Origin: a virus | Taxonomy: Duplodnaviria > Caudoviricetes | Direction: 5' to 3' (one strand) | IMG/VR virus record: IMGVR_UViG_3300032212_000126 | Coordinates: 1-24,953 of that record | DNA: 24,953 nt | Program-made: the position numbers and the translations under genes | In this document: one piece after another, positions 14,577 through 24,847 of the stretch | How the letters are laid out: each line of letters begins with the position of its first letter | How positions within the stretch are numbered: the first letter of the stretch is position 1 | The notes under the pieces: generated by a model | Seen by the model: only the letters and a program-made list of their open reading frames with translations | The model's database searches: none | Told to the model about the DNA's origin: nothing

Positions 14577-15314
14577 ATGGCAGAGCAAAGTTATATCGGT
14601 AAGGGTTCTATTTTTCTGGGGCCGTATGACGGCAGCGCCAAGGCGCGCAATGTTGGCAATACGTCCAAGCTGGAATTGTCGATCAGTGAAGACAAAAAAG
14701 AACTGCCCGATTATCAAAATGCAGGCGGCGGTGTAGCTAACTCAATCAGCCGAATTTCTGCGATCGAGGGCGCGGTGTCAATGCATGACCTAAGCCCTGA
14801 AAACATGGCGTTGGCGGTGTTTGGTGCAGCGACTGCGGTAGTGGCTGGTGCGGTCACGGATGAGCCACACACTGGCTACAACGATGGCCTGATTCGTCTC
14901 GACAACCTGCCGGACACCGGCACCATTGTTGTTACGGATAACACGGGCACGACTACTTACACGCTGGATACAGATTACACAGTGAACTCAGCCGGTGTTG
15001 TACCGCTGTCAACCGGCAGCATCACTGACGCTGAAGCCTTGTTGATTGACTACACCAAGGCGGCTGGCAGTGTGGTGCAGGCGGTCATAGATAGCGGTCA
15101 GGAATTTGCAATGACACTGGTGGGTTTGAATGAGGCTCAAAGCGGCAAGCCGGTGGTGATTGATTTGTTCCGGGTCAAGTTTTCACCCACGCAAGGCCTG
15201 GGCTTTATTGGCGACGATTTTGCCGCGATTGATTTAACAATGTCGGTGTTGAAAGACACTAATAAATCAGGCGCTGGCATCAGTCAGTATTTCAAAGTTG
15301 AAATGGCTGCCTAG
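14577..15314 (+). CDS. Major tail (tube) protein, siphovirus type
   Basis: 245 aa; SYIGKG, VGNTSKLELSI, DLSPENMALA, GLNEAQSGKPVVIDLFRV; GAGGA RBS. Confidence 0.85.
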   Translation: MAEQSYIGKGSIFLGPYDGSAKARNVGNTSKLELSISEDKKELPDYQNAGGGVANSISRISAIEGAVSMHDLSPENMALAVFGAATAVVAGAVTDEPHTGYNDGLIRLDNLPDTGTIVVTDNTGTTTYTLDTDYTVNSAGVVPLSTGSITDAEALLIDYTKAAGSVVQAVIDSGQEFAMTLVGLNEAQSGKPVVIDLFRVKFSPTQGLGFIGDDFAAIDLTMSVLKDTNKSGAGISQYFKVEMAA

Positions 15315-15322
15315 TACCGATA

Positions 15323-18300
15323 ATGGCAAGTAAAGATCTCGAAGTTGTTCTACGCATCCGGGCGCTGGTCGAGGGGTTAAAAGACCTCGGCCTGCTCTCT
15401 GATGGCGTTGATGATGTTGGCAAGTCATCCTCTGAAGCCGCACAAACTGCGCAGGCTTTGGGGGGGGCTTTGTCTCAACTGGAAAAAGAGCAAAAGCTGA
15501 TCAACAATTTTCGGGATTTGCAATCTGAGATTTCTAAAACCGATAAAAGCCTAGATAATGCCAAAAAGCGCACCGCCGAGCTGGGCAAGGAAATGTCTGC
15601 TGCTGAGAAACCCAGCAAAAGTCTGGGTGCCTCATTTAATCGCTCACGTGCCGAAACCAAAAAGCTGGCAGCGCAATATCAGGATCAGCGAATCAAGCTG
15701 CAAGGGGTGCGCAAAGAAATGTCCGGTGTGGGCATATCAACAAAGAATCTTGCTGCTCACCAGGCGACCTTGCGCAAAGAGCTGAAGGCTTCTGAGAAGA
15801 ACCTAACAGAGCTAAAAACTAAGCTGACTCAGACTCGTAAAGAGTCAAATAAAAAGCTAGGCGATCCAACTGGGAAGTTAAATAAAGGGCTGAAAGACTC
15901 AGCTAATTTAACAAATAATTTAGGCAGCTCACTTAAGAGTACTGCACGCCAAGTGATAGCCTTTGGTGCTGCATTCCTTGGGCTTAACAAAGTTAATCAA
16001 GGTCTGAAATCCATTCTGAATACAGGTGGACAGTTCGAGGCTCTGAATCAACAACTGAAAGCGGTAATGGGGTCGGTTGAAGCTGGCGAACAGGCATTTT
16101 CATGGATAAAAGATTTTACCAAGGAAACACCTTTTCAGCTCGACCAAGTGGCGCAGGCGTTTGTTAAATTAAAGGCCTTTGGCCTGGACCCAATGGATGG
16201 GTCAATGCAAGCGATTGTTGACCAGTCTGCCAAATTAGGCGGCAGTCAGGAAACCCTAAATGGCATCATTCTCGCGGTTGGCCAGGCGTGGGCGAAACAG
16301 AAGCTGCAAGGTGAAGAAATTCTTCAGCTAGTAGAGCGTGGTGTACCTGTTTGGGATCTTCTTTCAGAAGCGACTGGCCGAAACACTGTTGAGCTGCAAA
16401 AAATGAGCGCCGCAGGAAAACTCGGCCGCAAAGAAATTGGGCTGTTAATAAAAGCTATTGGTGACTCATCGCAAGGCGCCGCGGCCGACACAATGAGCAC
16501 CTGGAACGGACTGGTATCAAATCTTAAAGATCAGTGGAACGAATTTATTGATCTGATTGCACGCTCAGGCACGCTGGATTATTTCAAGCAACAGATTGTA
16601 GATGTGGGTGTGGCTGCCAGAAAAATGGCTGAAGATGGCTCCCTGAAACGCTGGGCTGAAAATATATCTCAAGCAATTACTGGCACAGCTAATGTTATTA
16701 AGCAAAGTATATCGATTGTTTCTGAGTATAGCGGTGCTCTGCTTTTAATGGCCAAAGCCTTTGCGGCAGTTAAGATAGCTGGTTTGGCGAGTCAAATAGT
16801 CAGGTTCGGTGCCAGCTTGGCGGGGTCAATAGTATCACTAACCAGTTTTTCATCGGCTGCAAATAACACTACCGGGAAAGTAAAAGGATTAGGCGCAGCC
16901 CTTAAACGTATCCCCGGTAATATTATCATTAGTCTGGCTGTATTGGGTTTTGAGGCCGCGGTAAAGACAGGCAAAGTATTGGGCGAAACGATTGCCAAGC
17001 TAACACTTGATCAGGATGCATTGCGGAGGGCGCAGGAACGATATAACAAATCAGCATATGAAGGCATTGCGGCTGGCCGGGATTTGGCTGAAAAAAATTC
17101 ACAATACAAAGACACCGTTATACAAACAGCCGCTGCTATTGCTGATATGGCTGACGATGAAGTCGCGGCATATCGAAAAAGACTTGAAGGTCTTAGAGAG
17201 TATGAGCGTGGTCAGCTTCGCGTTGCATTAAATGAAGAGCTGCTTGGTCAGAACACCAAGGCGAGACAACAAGAAATTGCCCAGTCGTTTACTAAGATGC
17301 GTGAAGCATTTGTTGCGATCGATGAGGCAGCTGCGTTGGCTGCAGAAGCGTTGGGCAATGAATTGTCGGTGCCGGTACAAAAGCTGGTTGAACAATTCTC
17401 CGACCTTATATCCAAAGGCGGTGAGGTAAAAGAGTCACTCGCAGATATATTCAATGGCTTCGATCCTCAGTCAATTGAATCCGTTCGTAATTTTGGCGGC
17501 ATGCTGCAATATTTAGCTGAACAGGGAACCCTCACGGCAGAGGTGATTCGTGACCAACTCATTAAGTCGTTGTCTGATCTTTCAGGCCAAGATCTGTTGA
17601 AATTTCAGGTCACCGCTGAAGCTGCGTTTGGTGGTGCTAAGGACGCTGCTTCTGAACTGACTGTTTTACTTGATGGGTCGCTATCGGCAGCACTGAAACG
17701 CATCGGCGTTGATGTGCACGAAGTTGAGACCGGCATTACTACCGCTGGTCAGGACATCATTGATACCTTTCAGGCCATTGCCAGCAACGCACAGGCCAGT
17801 GGAACTCAGATCGCCGCAGCCTTTAACGCTGCGCTGGGTAAATTGGGCAACAAGAAAGAACTGGCCGCGTTGAAGGTTGAGCTGCAGGCTGCCTTTGATG
17901 CTGGCAAGATTTCTGCCGCCGAGGCGCTACCTTTATTTTCTGCAGTCGAGGAAAAATTAAGAGAGGTCAAGGGTGCAGCAAAAGACACCAAAGAAGAGTT
18001 TGCCGGATTAGCTGAAACCTCTAGCCAGGCTGCTACTGAAGCTGAGTCTGCAGCTGCATCCTGGTCTTCATTTTGGACTGGTCTACGGGACTCATTTTAT
18101 GAAATGTCGGATGAGATCGGTCAGGCCTACGACATTATTTTGGATCGCAATGCCAGGCTGAACCACACCACCTTTGGTTTCTTTGACAATCTGAATGATG
18201 GTCTCGAAGGCTTGACCCGCACTTACCAGCAGCAGGAGACAAGCTTTAATGCATTAATGCGGAAGATTGAAGACGGCACGCTGTCTGCGGATCGATTAGA

Positions 18301-18787
18301 AAGTGCGGGCAATAATGCCGCCAATTCGTTCGGTCTGCTGGGCCGTGAACGGTTGTCAGAGTTACGCGGTGCCCTGGATGATGCGTTGCGAAAAATCGAG
18401 CGTTTGGATGAGTCGAGCCAGCGAACGTTGGAAGGCCTGCAGGACAGGCTTGATCGGCTGCAAGGTAATGAGCAGGACATTCAACAGCGCGAGTACGAAC
18501 GCCAGCGTAAAGAGTTAGAAAAACAACTTGAAGAGGCGCAGCAGCTTGGCGCGACTGATGCGGCCGCTGACTTGAGAGACGCATTGCAACTGTTACAGCA
18601 GGTCAATCGGGTCGAAATACAGCGAATTCAGGAACGCCAGGCAGAGCGTGATCAACCATCACCAGCTGAAACCGGTGGCCGCAAAATTGAAAGATTCGAG
18701 TTTAATGCAAACGGTGTCACAGAGCCTGAGGCGTTAGCCCGTTTGATAGAACCTATGATGCGAAAAATAATGGCAAGGAGTTCTTGA
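15323..18787 (+). CDS. Tape measure protein
   Basis: 1154 aa, Ala-rich helical; TPFQLDQV..AF..LKAFG and KLQGEEILQLVERGVPVWDLL tape-measure motifs. Confidence 0.93.
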   Translation: MASKDLEVVLRIRALVEGLKDLGLLSDGVDDVGKSSSEAAQTAQALGGALSQLEKEQKLINNFRDLQSEISKTDKSLDNAKKRTAELGKEMSAAEKPSKSLGASFNRSRAETKKLAAQYQDQRIKLQGVRKEMSGVGISTKNLAAHQATLRKELKASEKNLTELKTKLTQTRKESNKKLGDPTGKLNKGLKDSANLTNNLGSSLKSTARQVIAFGAAFLGLNKVNQGLKSILNTGGQFEALNQQLKAVMGSVEAGEQAFSWIKDFTKETPFQLDQVAQAFVKLKAFGLDPMDGSMQAIVDQSAKLGGSQETLNGIILAVGQAWAKQKLQGEEILQLVERGVPVWDLLSEATGRNTVELQKMSAAGKLGRKEIGLLIKAIGDSSQGAAADTMSTWNGLVSNLKDQWNEFIDLIARSGTLDYFKQQIVDVGVAARKMAEDGSLKRWAENISQAITGTANVIKQSISIVSEYSGALLLMAKAFAAVKIAGLASQIVRFGASLAGSIVSLTSFSSAANNTTGKVKGLGAALKRIPGNIIISLAVLGFEAAVKTGKVLGETIAKLTLDQDALRRAQERYNKSAYEGIAAGRDLAEKNSQYKDTVIQTAAAIADMADDEVAAYRKRLEGLREYERGQLRVALNEELLGQNTKARQQEIAQSFTKMREAFVAIDEAAALAAEALGNELSVPVQKLVEQFSDLISKGGEVKESLADIFNGFDPQSIESVRNFGGMLQYLAEQGTLTAEVIRDQLIKSLSDLSGQDLLKFQVTAEAAFGGAKDAASELTVLLDGSLSAALKRIGVDVHEVETGITTAGQDIIDTFQAIASNAQASGTQIAAAFNAALGKLGNKKELAALKVELQAAFDAGKISAAEALPLFSAVEEKLREVKGAAKDTKEEFAGLAETSSQAATEAESAAASWSSFWTGLRDSFYEMSDEIGQAYDIILDRNARLNHTTFGFFDNLNDGLEGLTRTYQQQETSFNALMRKIEDGTLSADRLESAGNNAANSFGLLGRERLSELRGALDDALRKIERLDESSQRTLEGLQDRLDRLQGNEQDIQQREYERQRKELEKQLEEAQQLGATDAAADLRDALQLLQQVNRVEIQRIQERQAERDQPSPAETGGRKIERFEFNANGVTEPEALARLIEPMMRKIMARSS

Positions 18788-21700
18788 TGGTAGGTGTACA
18801 GAGGTTCTTTGCCAATAACAATAATGCTCTGCGTGACGCTATTCTGACTGCATCGGGAGTTAAACCAGCGGCCGCGATTTTTCGCAGCTCTATTAATCGC
18901 ACAGGCAATGGTACGGTCAAACTGACCGGCAGTTATAGCGGCGCTGAAGATGCCAGCTTTGATATTGAGATTACCAGTGACACTAGTGCCACACCTCGGG
19001 TGAGTTCGCCAGTGTTTTCAGGTGTGGGTAATGGCCAGTTGCAGAGTCTGACGGTTGACCCAGGCACGTCGGCCGAGGTATTCACTATCAGCCTGGCGGA
19101 TCTTGGTAGCGATACCACCGCTGCACAGGCTGGCCTAGGTAGTGTTTCTTTGCAGGCTAAGATGTCTGGCAGCTCCGGCAACAGTATCAATATTACTGTT
19201 GATGAGTCAGGTCTGGTCTATACCGACACCGATTACGCCGCCTTGGATAATTGGTCAACCGGCCAGACATATCGTCTCGGTGATCAATGGGATTTTGGGG
19301 CCAAACCTTTGCAGGCGGATGGTGCTTTAGACCCTTCTTCGCCTCGAATTGTGTTTGGTGATGACCCGCAGGTTTATCGTCAATACAAAAAACGTGAGGA
19401 AGGCCAGTGGCGCTATTACGTGACACCGGCATTGGTGCGTGATGTGCCCGAGGGTGCACGGATTAAAGCTGTCACTGGCAATCGATCTGTAACTATCACT
19501 GATGGCGTCACACCTGAAACATACAATACCATCGTCACCACCTATGACCTGCTGGCTGCCATTCGTAGCAGCAGTGCGCTGGTAGATGTGGTCGGCGTAA
19601 TATCGAATGATCGTCAGCCAGGTGGTCAGGCGGTGATTGATCTGCCATTGAAAACAGTTTCATACGCTCTGCCTGTCGTTACCTCGGGCAGCAAATACGC
19701 CACCGGGCTGAGTAACCTGGTGGTGGATACTGGTGCGCCTACCGAGGCGGTATTGATCACGTGCGCTGATAACGCCACTATTGGTTCCGAGCGTTGGAAT
19801 GTCGAAGGCACTGTTTCTGGTAAGTTGCTGCAGGCCATAAGCGGCGTTGATTATGAAAGTTCTATTGTGAATTTTCGCATACCCACTAAATCTCCAGAGG
19901 TAAAACCCAGTGCCAATGTTTCATGGGATACCGCCTATGAAACAAGGGAAGACGCTGAGGTTAGTCCGCCCATCTGTGTTAGCAATTTTACTCTGGGTGC
20001 GAATGCCTCTGGAAAGAGCATTACGTTTACATATAAACAACGCCCTAATGATGATGACTGTGCTTGTTCTAAGGCAGCCGTGTCGGGGCGAATTTCGGCC
20101 GCATGTTTGGGCATAGATGAGGAGGCAGTTATGGCAACACTTGATCCAGAATACAAGTCGCGCTTGCAGACATTGTATGACTGGCGATCAACCTTTATGC
20201 AGGAAAATACCTTCATAGGGAATGACAGTGTCGGCGGCACCACGCTCGATCGACAATTAATCGAATCAGTCACCACGGTATTTGCAGAGGCGTTGTATTT
20301 ATTTTTTGGCGATGCAACGGCACGCGCTGCGTGGGATGCGGCATTTAGTGCGATGCAAAACGAGCTTGCCGACTTTACCGGCAGCGAAACACAATGGGTG
20401 GAAGGCTGGCAGGCCAGTAATGCATATTCACAGGGCTGGATTATTCCATCTGAAGCCAATGACAATGGCCATGTTTATATCCTGGTTGATGGTGATGGTG
20501 GCAATAGCGGTGCGACAGAACCTGTCTGGCCGGTTAATGGCACCACTGTGGTTGATGGCGCGTTGACTTGGCGTGATGCTGGGCTACGTAGTGACTCTGG
20601 GCTGACTGAGTTTGATACTGGCACTAAATATAACGACTGGTCTGCATCGGAAGTACTCAGCTCTCTGTCTACCACCTATCGCAAGCCCTCGTCTGCAAAT
20701 GATAATGGCCACTATTATAGATCCTTCACTGGCACTTGTAGTGCAACTGAACCCACATGGCCAACAGACGGTGGGTCTGTGGTGGACGGGAGTGTGACTT
20801 GGGTTGATATGGGGCTTCGGGGGGGATTTTATAATATTGGCACGGTAGTACAGCCGACAGAAGCTAACGCCAATGGCCATGCCTACATCGCCCTAAACTC
20901 TGGAACTAGCGGTGGTGTTGAGCCAGCATGGCCGGTTGATGGCAGCACGATTAAGCAGGCATTCAGTGAGGTAACATGGCTGGATCTAGGCTACTGGCGA
21001 CAGATGGGTGTGACTCAGGAGGCTGTGCAGGATCTTAATCCTTCTGTAACCGATGTTGGTGAATTCATTACTCGTTATTCGGCAAAGATGGATGCGCTCG
21101 GTATTGGGTTGGGGATTGTGCCGGGAAAAGCTGATGGCTCTAGCGTGGGCGGTGCTGCCTGCTGGAGCGACCCAGGTGACGGTTTTGCGTGGATGGCACC
21201 AGGCTATTTGCCTGCATTCACCAATCGGGCCTGGCATAGCGCCAAACGTAATCTGGACGGTGACATTGAAAGCACGCGCGAATTTGCGCTGGCGATTAAG
21301 TGCGCTTGTCCTGAACATTTAAAAGAAGGTGATAGCATCACTATCACCATTGATGGTGTTACTGGTGGTGGTAAAGCTTACCAGGTCGGTGACAGTTTCC
21401 GGGTGCCGGTGATCAACGCGTCGGCGCTGTTTCTTGCTGGTGGGGTTGATGGTGATGATACTCACACCTGGTCGGTGACCGGCAACGTCAGTGGCAATAT
21501 GGCCGACTATGCTGTTGTCGATGCTGCCGAACTTCCATATAGTGCCGGTGGTATTGGTTTTACCATTTACCGAGGAGGCATACCGTTTAGCCTGGGCGAC
21601 CAGTTTCAGTTTGCAGTTGAAGGTGGTCAATATCGCTGGCGAAAAGATGCTGCTGCATGGTCTGCTGCCGCTGATATTCCCGATACCCCTGTGCTGTTAT

Positions 21701-22461
21701 CTGACGGCGTGTCAGCTGATTTTCAGGCCGGTGCGGCACCGAGTTATGTTGCTGGTGATAGCCATTCATTTTTGGCCCGTCAGCCCTATGCGCCCAGCCA
21801 TGTTCAAACACCTCAAGACGAAACGTGGCAGTGGGACGGTGCCGGGGCAACCTTGACCGCAAACCTCGGCGGTGCGCAAAACATAGATGCTTTTGTTCTC
21901 GCTCGGCATACTTTGCCTGAAGGTGCAGTGATTACGGTCGAGGGTGGCCAGGATGGTGTTGCATGGCCAGAGTCTGTTGTGCTGACTTGGCGCGACGGTG
22001 TAATGGCTGAGTTGTTGCCCTCGTCTTGGAATGTTGAGTGGTTACGGCTGACGGTTGCCAATGCCAGTGGTGGTGCAATCGGTTGGTGGTGGGCTGGCCC
22101 GCCTGTCTCAACCGAATACAGTGCAGGCAAGGTATCGCTGCGCCGTAACTATGCAATCACTCGTGGTGGTGGTCTGAACCCCAGCGGTCTGTTTGCAGGC
22201 AAAGGCCAAGGCGGTGAGATTTCCTGGAGTACTTTCCTGAGCCAGACCGATCTCGACAAGCTGCTGCTGATGCTTGATCACGTCAAGGTCAACGATGAGC
22301 CGATCGTGGTGCTGCCTCACCAAGATCACCCCCAGGAAGCCGCGCTGGTGAGCATTGAGGTCGATGATGTCGATATTGATGATGATTATCAGTTCCAACC
22401 TGACGATCGCAATAACCGTTTGTTGTCGTTGAGACTGCCGCTCGCTGCGGTCTTATCATGA
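18787..22461 (+). CDS. Large multidomain tail protein
   Basis: 1224 aa from ATG 18787; beta-rich domains, Cys clusters, three ANxNGH..EPxWP..W repeats, discoidin-like segment near C-terminus; directly after TMP. Confidence 0.8.
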   Translation: MVGVQRFFANNNNALRDAILTASGVKPAAAIFRSSINRTGNGTVKLTGSYSGAEDASFDIEITSDTSATPRVSSPVFSGVGNGQLQSLTVDPGTSAEVFTISLADLGSDTTAAQAGLGSVSLQAKMSGSSGNSINITVDESGLVYTDTDYAALDNWSTGQTYRLGDQWDFGAKPLQADGALDPSSPRIVFGDDPQVYRQYKKREEGQWRYYVTPALVRDVPEGARIKAVTGNRSVTITDGVTPETYNTIVTTYDLLAAIRSSSALVDVVGVISNDRQPGGQAVIDLPLKTVSYALPVVTSGSKYATGLSNLVVDTGAPTEAVLITCADNATIGSERWNVEGTVSGKLLQAISGVDYESSIVNFRIPTKSPEVKPSANVSWDTAYETREDAEVSPPICVSNFTLGANASGKSITFTYKQRPNDDDCACSKAAVSGRISAACLGIDEEAVMATLDPEYKSRLQTLYDWRSTFMQENTFIGNDSVGGTTLDRQLIESVTTVFAEALYLFFGDATARAAWDAAFSAMQNELADFTGSETQWVEGWQASNAYSQGWIIPSEANDNGHVYILVDGDGGNSGATEPVWPVNGTTVVDGALTWRDAGLRSDSGLTEFDTGTKYNDWSASEVLSSLSTTYRKPSSANDNGHYYRSFTGTCSATEPTWPTDGGSVVDGSVTWVDMGLRGGFYNIGTVVQPTEANANGHAYIALNSGTSGGVEPAWPVDGSTIKQAFSEVTWLDLGYWRQMGVTQEAVQDLNPSVTDVGEFITRYSAKMDALGIGLGIVPGKADGSSVGGAACWSDPGDGFAWMAPGYLPAFTNRAWHSAKRNLDGDIESTREFALAIKCACPEHLKEGDSITITIDGVTGGGKAYQVGDSFRVPVINASALFLAGGVDGDDTHTWSVTGNVSGNMADYAVVDAAELPYSAGGIGFTIYRGGIPFSLGDQFQFAVEGGQYRWRKDAAAWSAAADIPDTPVLLSDGVSADFQAGAAPSYVAGDSHSFLARQPYAPSHVQTPQDETWQWDGAGATLTANLGGAQNIDAFVLARHTLPEGAVITVEGGQDGVAWPESVVLTWRDGVMAELLPSSWNVEWLRLTVANASGGAIGWWWAGPPVSTEYSAGKVSLRRNYAITRGGGLNPSGLFAGKGQGGEISWSTFLSQTDLDKLLLMLDHVKVNDEPIVVLPHQDHPQEAALVSIEVDDVDIDDDYQFQPDDRNNRLLSLRLPLAAVLS

Positions 22462-24065
22462 TTGTCTGGCTACGCCTGGACACCGATCCGGCGATGGAGT
22501 TTTACAGCGCACCAGGTGCGCTGCTTACATCTGATTTGCAGTTCCGTCGTTTGGCTAATATAGGAGCCCTACGCAGGCCGCTGTCTGTTGGTGGTTCGGC
22601 TGAGAACGCCAACGTCACCGTCACGCTCGATAACGGTGATGGCCGCTTGACTGAGTATTTCAAGATTCCACCTCTGCGCCAGCCAGCCCGTTTGATCACT
22701 GTTGATGGTGACTTGTTTGTTGGCACCATTGCTAGCTGTGATATGGGCAAGGAAATCAGCTTGTCACTGGAAGCGGGTGGAACGCAACCGCTCTCTGACC
22801 GCCTGCCTCTGCGTGAAACGACTGTATGGGGTAGCTATAAGAATAAAGCCACCATCCCGCTGGTCTATGGCCGTGATGTTGTCACGCCAGTGGCTTATGA
22901 CAATGAAGGGCAGCTATTTGTCTGTGCCGATCACGCCTGTCAGGGGGTTGATGAGGTCAGTCGTGATGGTCTGCCAACAGAGGCCTGGGCCTTTTATAAC
23001 GATATTGACGATACAGGTCATCCAGTTGCCGTGCTGGAGCTGGCTGATCCACTGGCTGATGGTGAGCCGCTGACTGTTACGCTTCGCGGCAAAATGCACC
23101 CAACCACCGGCGCGTTGCTGACTAACCCAGCCTTTGTGTTGTGGGATTTTCTGGCCAATGTTTGTGCTGTGCCAATAACGCTGGCTGACCTGGACCAGTT
23201 CCGGGTTGAGACGGCAAGTAAGGGCATTGAGATCGGTGGTGTAATTGATGACTCGAGTCGTACCATTCGCGCCCAGATCGATGATATATGCCAGTCGATT
23301 GGTGCTGTGTGGTCGGGCGGTATGCCAGGCATTGCTAGGCTCTATCCAATCGAGAATCCAGGCGAGCTTGATTGGCAAACATTCGACCCATTGAAGGCCC
23401 AAGGTTTAAAGGCAGAGAGTAGTCAGTCTGGCATCGTTACTGTGCTGCGAGTGTTATATGACTATGTCGATGGTCAGCCTCGCAGGGCTGTGCAGTTTGA
23501 AGCCCCAGAGGCTATTGAGACCTATGGTCGTATTGAAAGCGAAGTGACTGCACGCTGGCTGCGGTCGGCTCGTCTAGCCGCTGAGTTGGGTGAGCGTAAA
23601 TTGAGCTACCAGGCCAGGCCTGTCTGGAACTTAAGTTGGAGCAGTGATGTGCGTGATCAGGTGCCACCTGGTGTCTATGTCAGCATTAATCATCCGCGCT
23701 CACCGATCAGTGGCCAGGTGCTGGTGATGAACTCGGAGCTGGCCGTGTCGACCTCAAGTGTGCAGATCACTGCTGAAGCGGCGGCTGGCACGGCCCCTAA
23801 AATCGTAATGACACGTCTTTCAACAGCTTTTGAAAGGGAGTTTAAATCCGGTTCAAACGTGGTTTACAGCAATGGTGTGGCCACCTTTACTATCGTTGGC
23901 GACAACGGCCAGGCGCTGGTGAATGCAACAGCCACACTTGATGGTACTGAGGCACGAATCACAGACCACCAGGGCCAGGTACAATTTGAAACCGCCAGGG
24001 GCGCTCATGTGTTGGTGGTAGAAGCCAGCGGCTATGAAGTGATGGAAATCGAGGTAGAGGTATGA
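22458..24065 (+). CDS. Tail tip/hub protein with C-terminal Ig-like domain
   Basis: 535 aa; IPLVYG, TNPAFVLWDFL, AIETYG motifs; C-terminal LVNATATLDG...TDHQGQVQF...VEASGY; ATGA coupling. Confidence 0.75.
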   Translation: MIVWLRLDTDPAMEFYSAPGALLTSDLQFRRLANIGALRRPLSVGGSAENANVTVTLDNGDGRLTEYFKIPPLRQPARLITVDGDLFVGTIASCDMGKEISLSLEAGGTQPLSDRLPLRETTVWGSYKNKATIPLVYGRDVVTPVAYDNEGQLFVCADHACQGVDEVSRDGLPTEAWAFYNDIDDTGHPVAVLELADPLADGEPLTVTLRGKMHPTTGALLTNPAFVLWDFLANVCAVPITLADLDQFRVETASKGIEIGGVIDDSSRTIRAQIDDICQSIGAVWSGGMPGIARLYPIENPGELDWQTFDPLKAQGLKAESSQSGIVTVLRVLYDYVDGQPRRAVQFEAPEAIETYGRIESEVTARWLRSARLAAELGERKLSYQARPVWNLSWSSDVRDQVPPGVYVSINHPRSPISGQVLVMNSELAVSTSSVQITAEAAAGTAPKIVMTRLSTAFEREFKSGSNVVYSNGVATFTIVGDNGQALVNATATLDGTEARITDHQGQVQFETARGAHVLVVEASGYEVMEIEVEV

Positions 24066-24721
24066 AAAGGCGGTTTTTCAATCAGACCAGAACGTCCATC
24101 GCCCCAGGCCGCGATACAAAGCTGAAGCTGCAGATGATTAAAAAACCTACTCTGCCTGATGTTCTTCCGGCACCGCCGCTCACCGAGACACCTAACGTCC
24201 CTATGGTAATGCCTTACACAGAAATACCTGACGCTGACTCTCTCCCCGCTGACGCCCAATATGCTGGAGCCAACGTCACCAGCATTACCGGCTCAACAGG
24301 AGCAGGCGACTACCAAGACCTGTTCAGGTTTACATGGGACGGAGGCTTGTTAGAAGCGGCAACCAATGGTCTGCTTGGCTCGTCCTGCGACTTTGACACT
24401 ATCCTATTTCTGTTTGACAGCACGGGACTCTATATCACCTCCAATAGATACAACCGCGGACCAGATGGTTTAGCTGGAAGTTATATCTCGGCCAACCTGA
24501 GCGCCGGAGACTACCTGTTGGGTATCACTGGCTATGGCTTTGCAATTAGTGATAGTGGTGGTGTACTCATTTATGACGCTCGAGATGCAAGTGGCAAGGG
24601 ATTTCAACACGACAATGGCAGCGGTATATTAACTAGTTGGGGTTGGGGCGGGACACCGTCACCAGCAGCAGACCCTTCTACTGGCAACTACACAATCGGC
24701 ATCAACAAGAGGAAATCGTAA
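24062..24721 (+). CDS. PPC/DVUA0089-like domain protein, last phage gene
   Basis: 219 aa; basic/Pro-rich leader then DLFRF...FDTILFLFDSTG...SYISANLSAGDYLLGI...GNYTI. Confidence 0.65.
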   Translation: MKRRFFNQTRTSIAPGRDTKLKLQMIKKPTLPDVLPAPPLTETPNVPMVMPYTEIPDADSLPADAQYAGANVTSITGSTGAGDYQDLFRFTWDGGLLEAATNGLLGSSCDFDTILFLFDSTGLYITSNRYNRGPDGLAGSYISANLSAGDYLLGITGYGFAISDSGGVLIYDARDASGKGFQHDNGSGILTSWGWGGTPSPAADPSTGNYTIGINKRKS

Positions 24722-24745
24722 CTAATAAAGAATTAGATTTTAATT

Positions 24746-24828
24746 TTGAATTGCGACAACAATTAAAGTGCGTTTAATGGTGTCGCATTTTCAATATAAT
24801 AAAATCGCAAAATGAACGGCGCGCTACA
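24746..24828. repeat. Prophage right end (attR) with three transposase-site candidates
   Basis: AATCGCAAAATGAA (24803-16) and TGTCGCATTTTCAA (24781-94) direct, 22 bp apart; TTGAATTGCGACA (24746-58) inverted; terminal GCGCTACA at 24828; same arrangement as Mu R1/R2/R3. Confidence 0.8.
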
Positions 24829-24847
24829 ATAACTCGCAAGAAGCATC

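Larger units (their letters stand above)
1..24828. mobile_element. Mu-like transposable prophage with siphovirus-type tail (left part outside window)
   Basis: DDE transposase, Ner-like and repressor genes, Mu I-like protease with nested scaffold start, gp36/G/gp37-like neck genes, tail tube and tape measure without sheath or baseplate wedge, Mu-type end ending in CA at 24828. Confidence 0.93.

Noticed and set aside
24062-24828. Mu-style invertible G segment, gin and mom
   Set aside because: No recombinase, long inverted repeats or modification gene before the end
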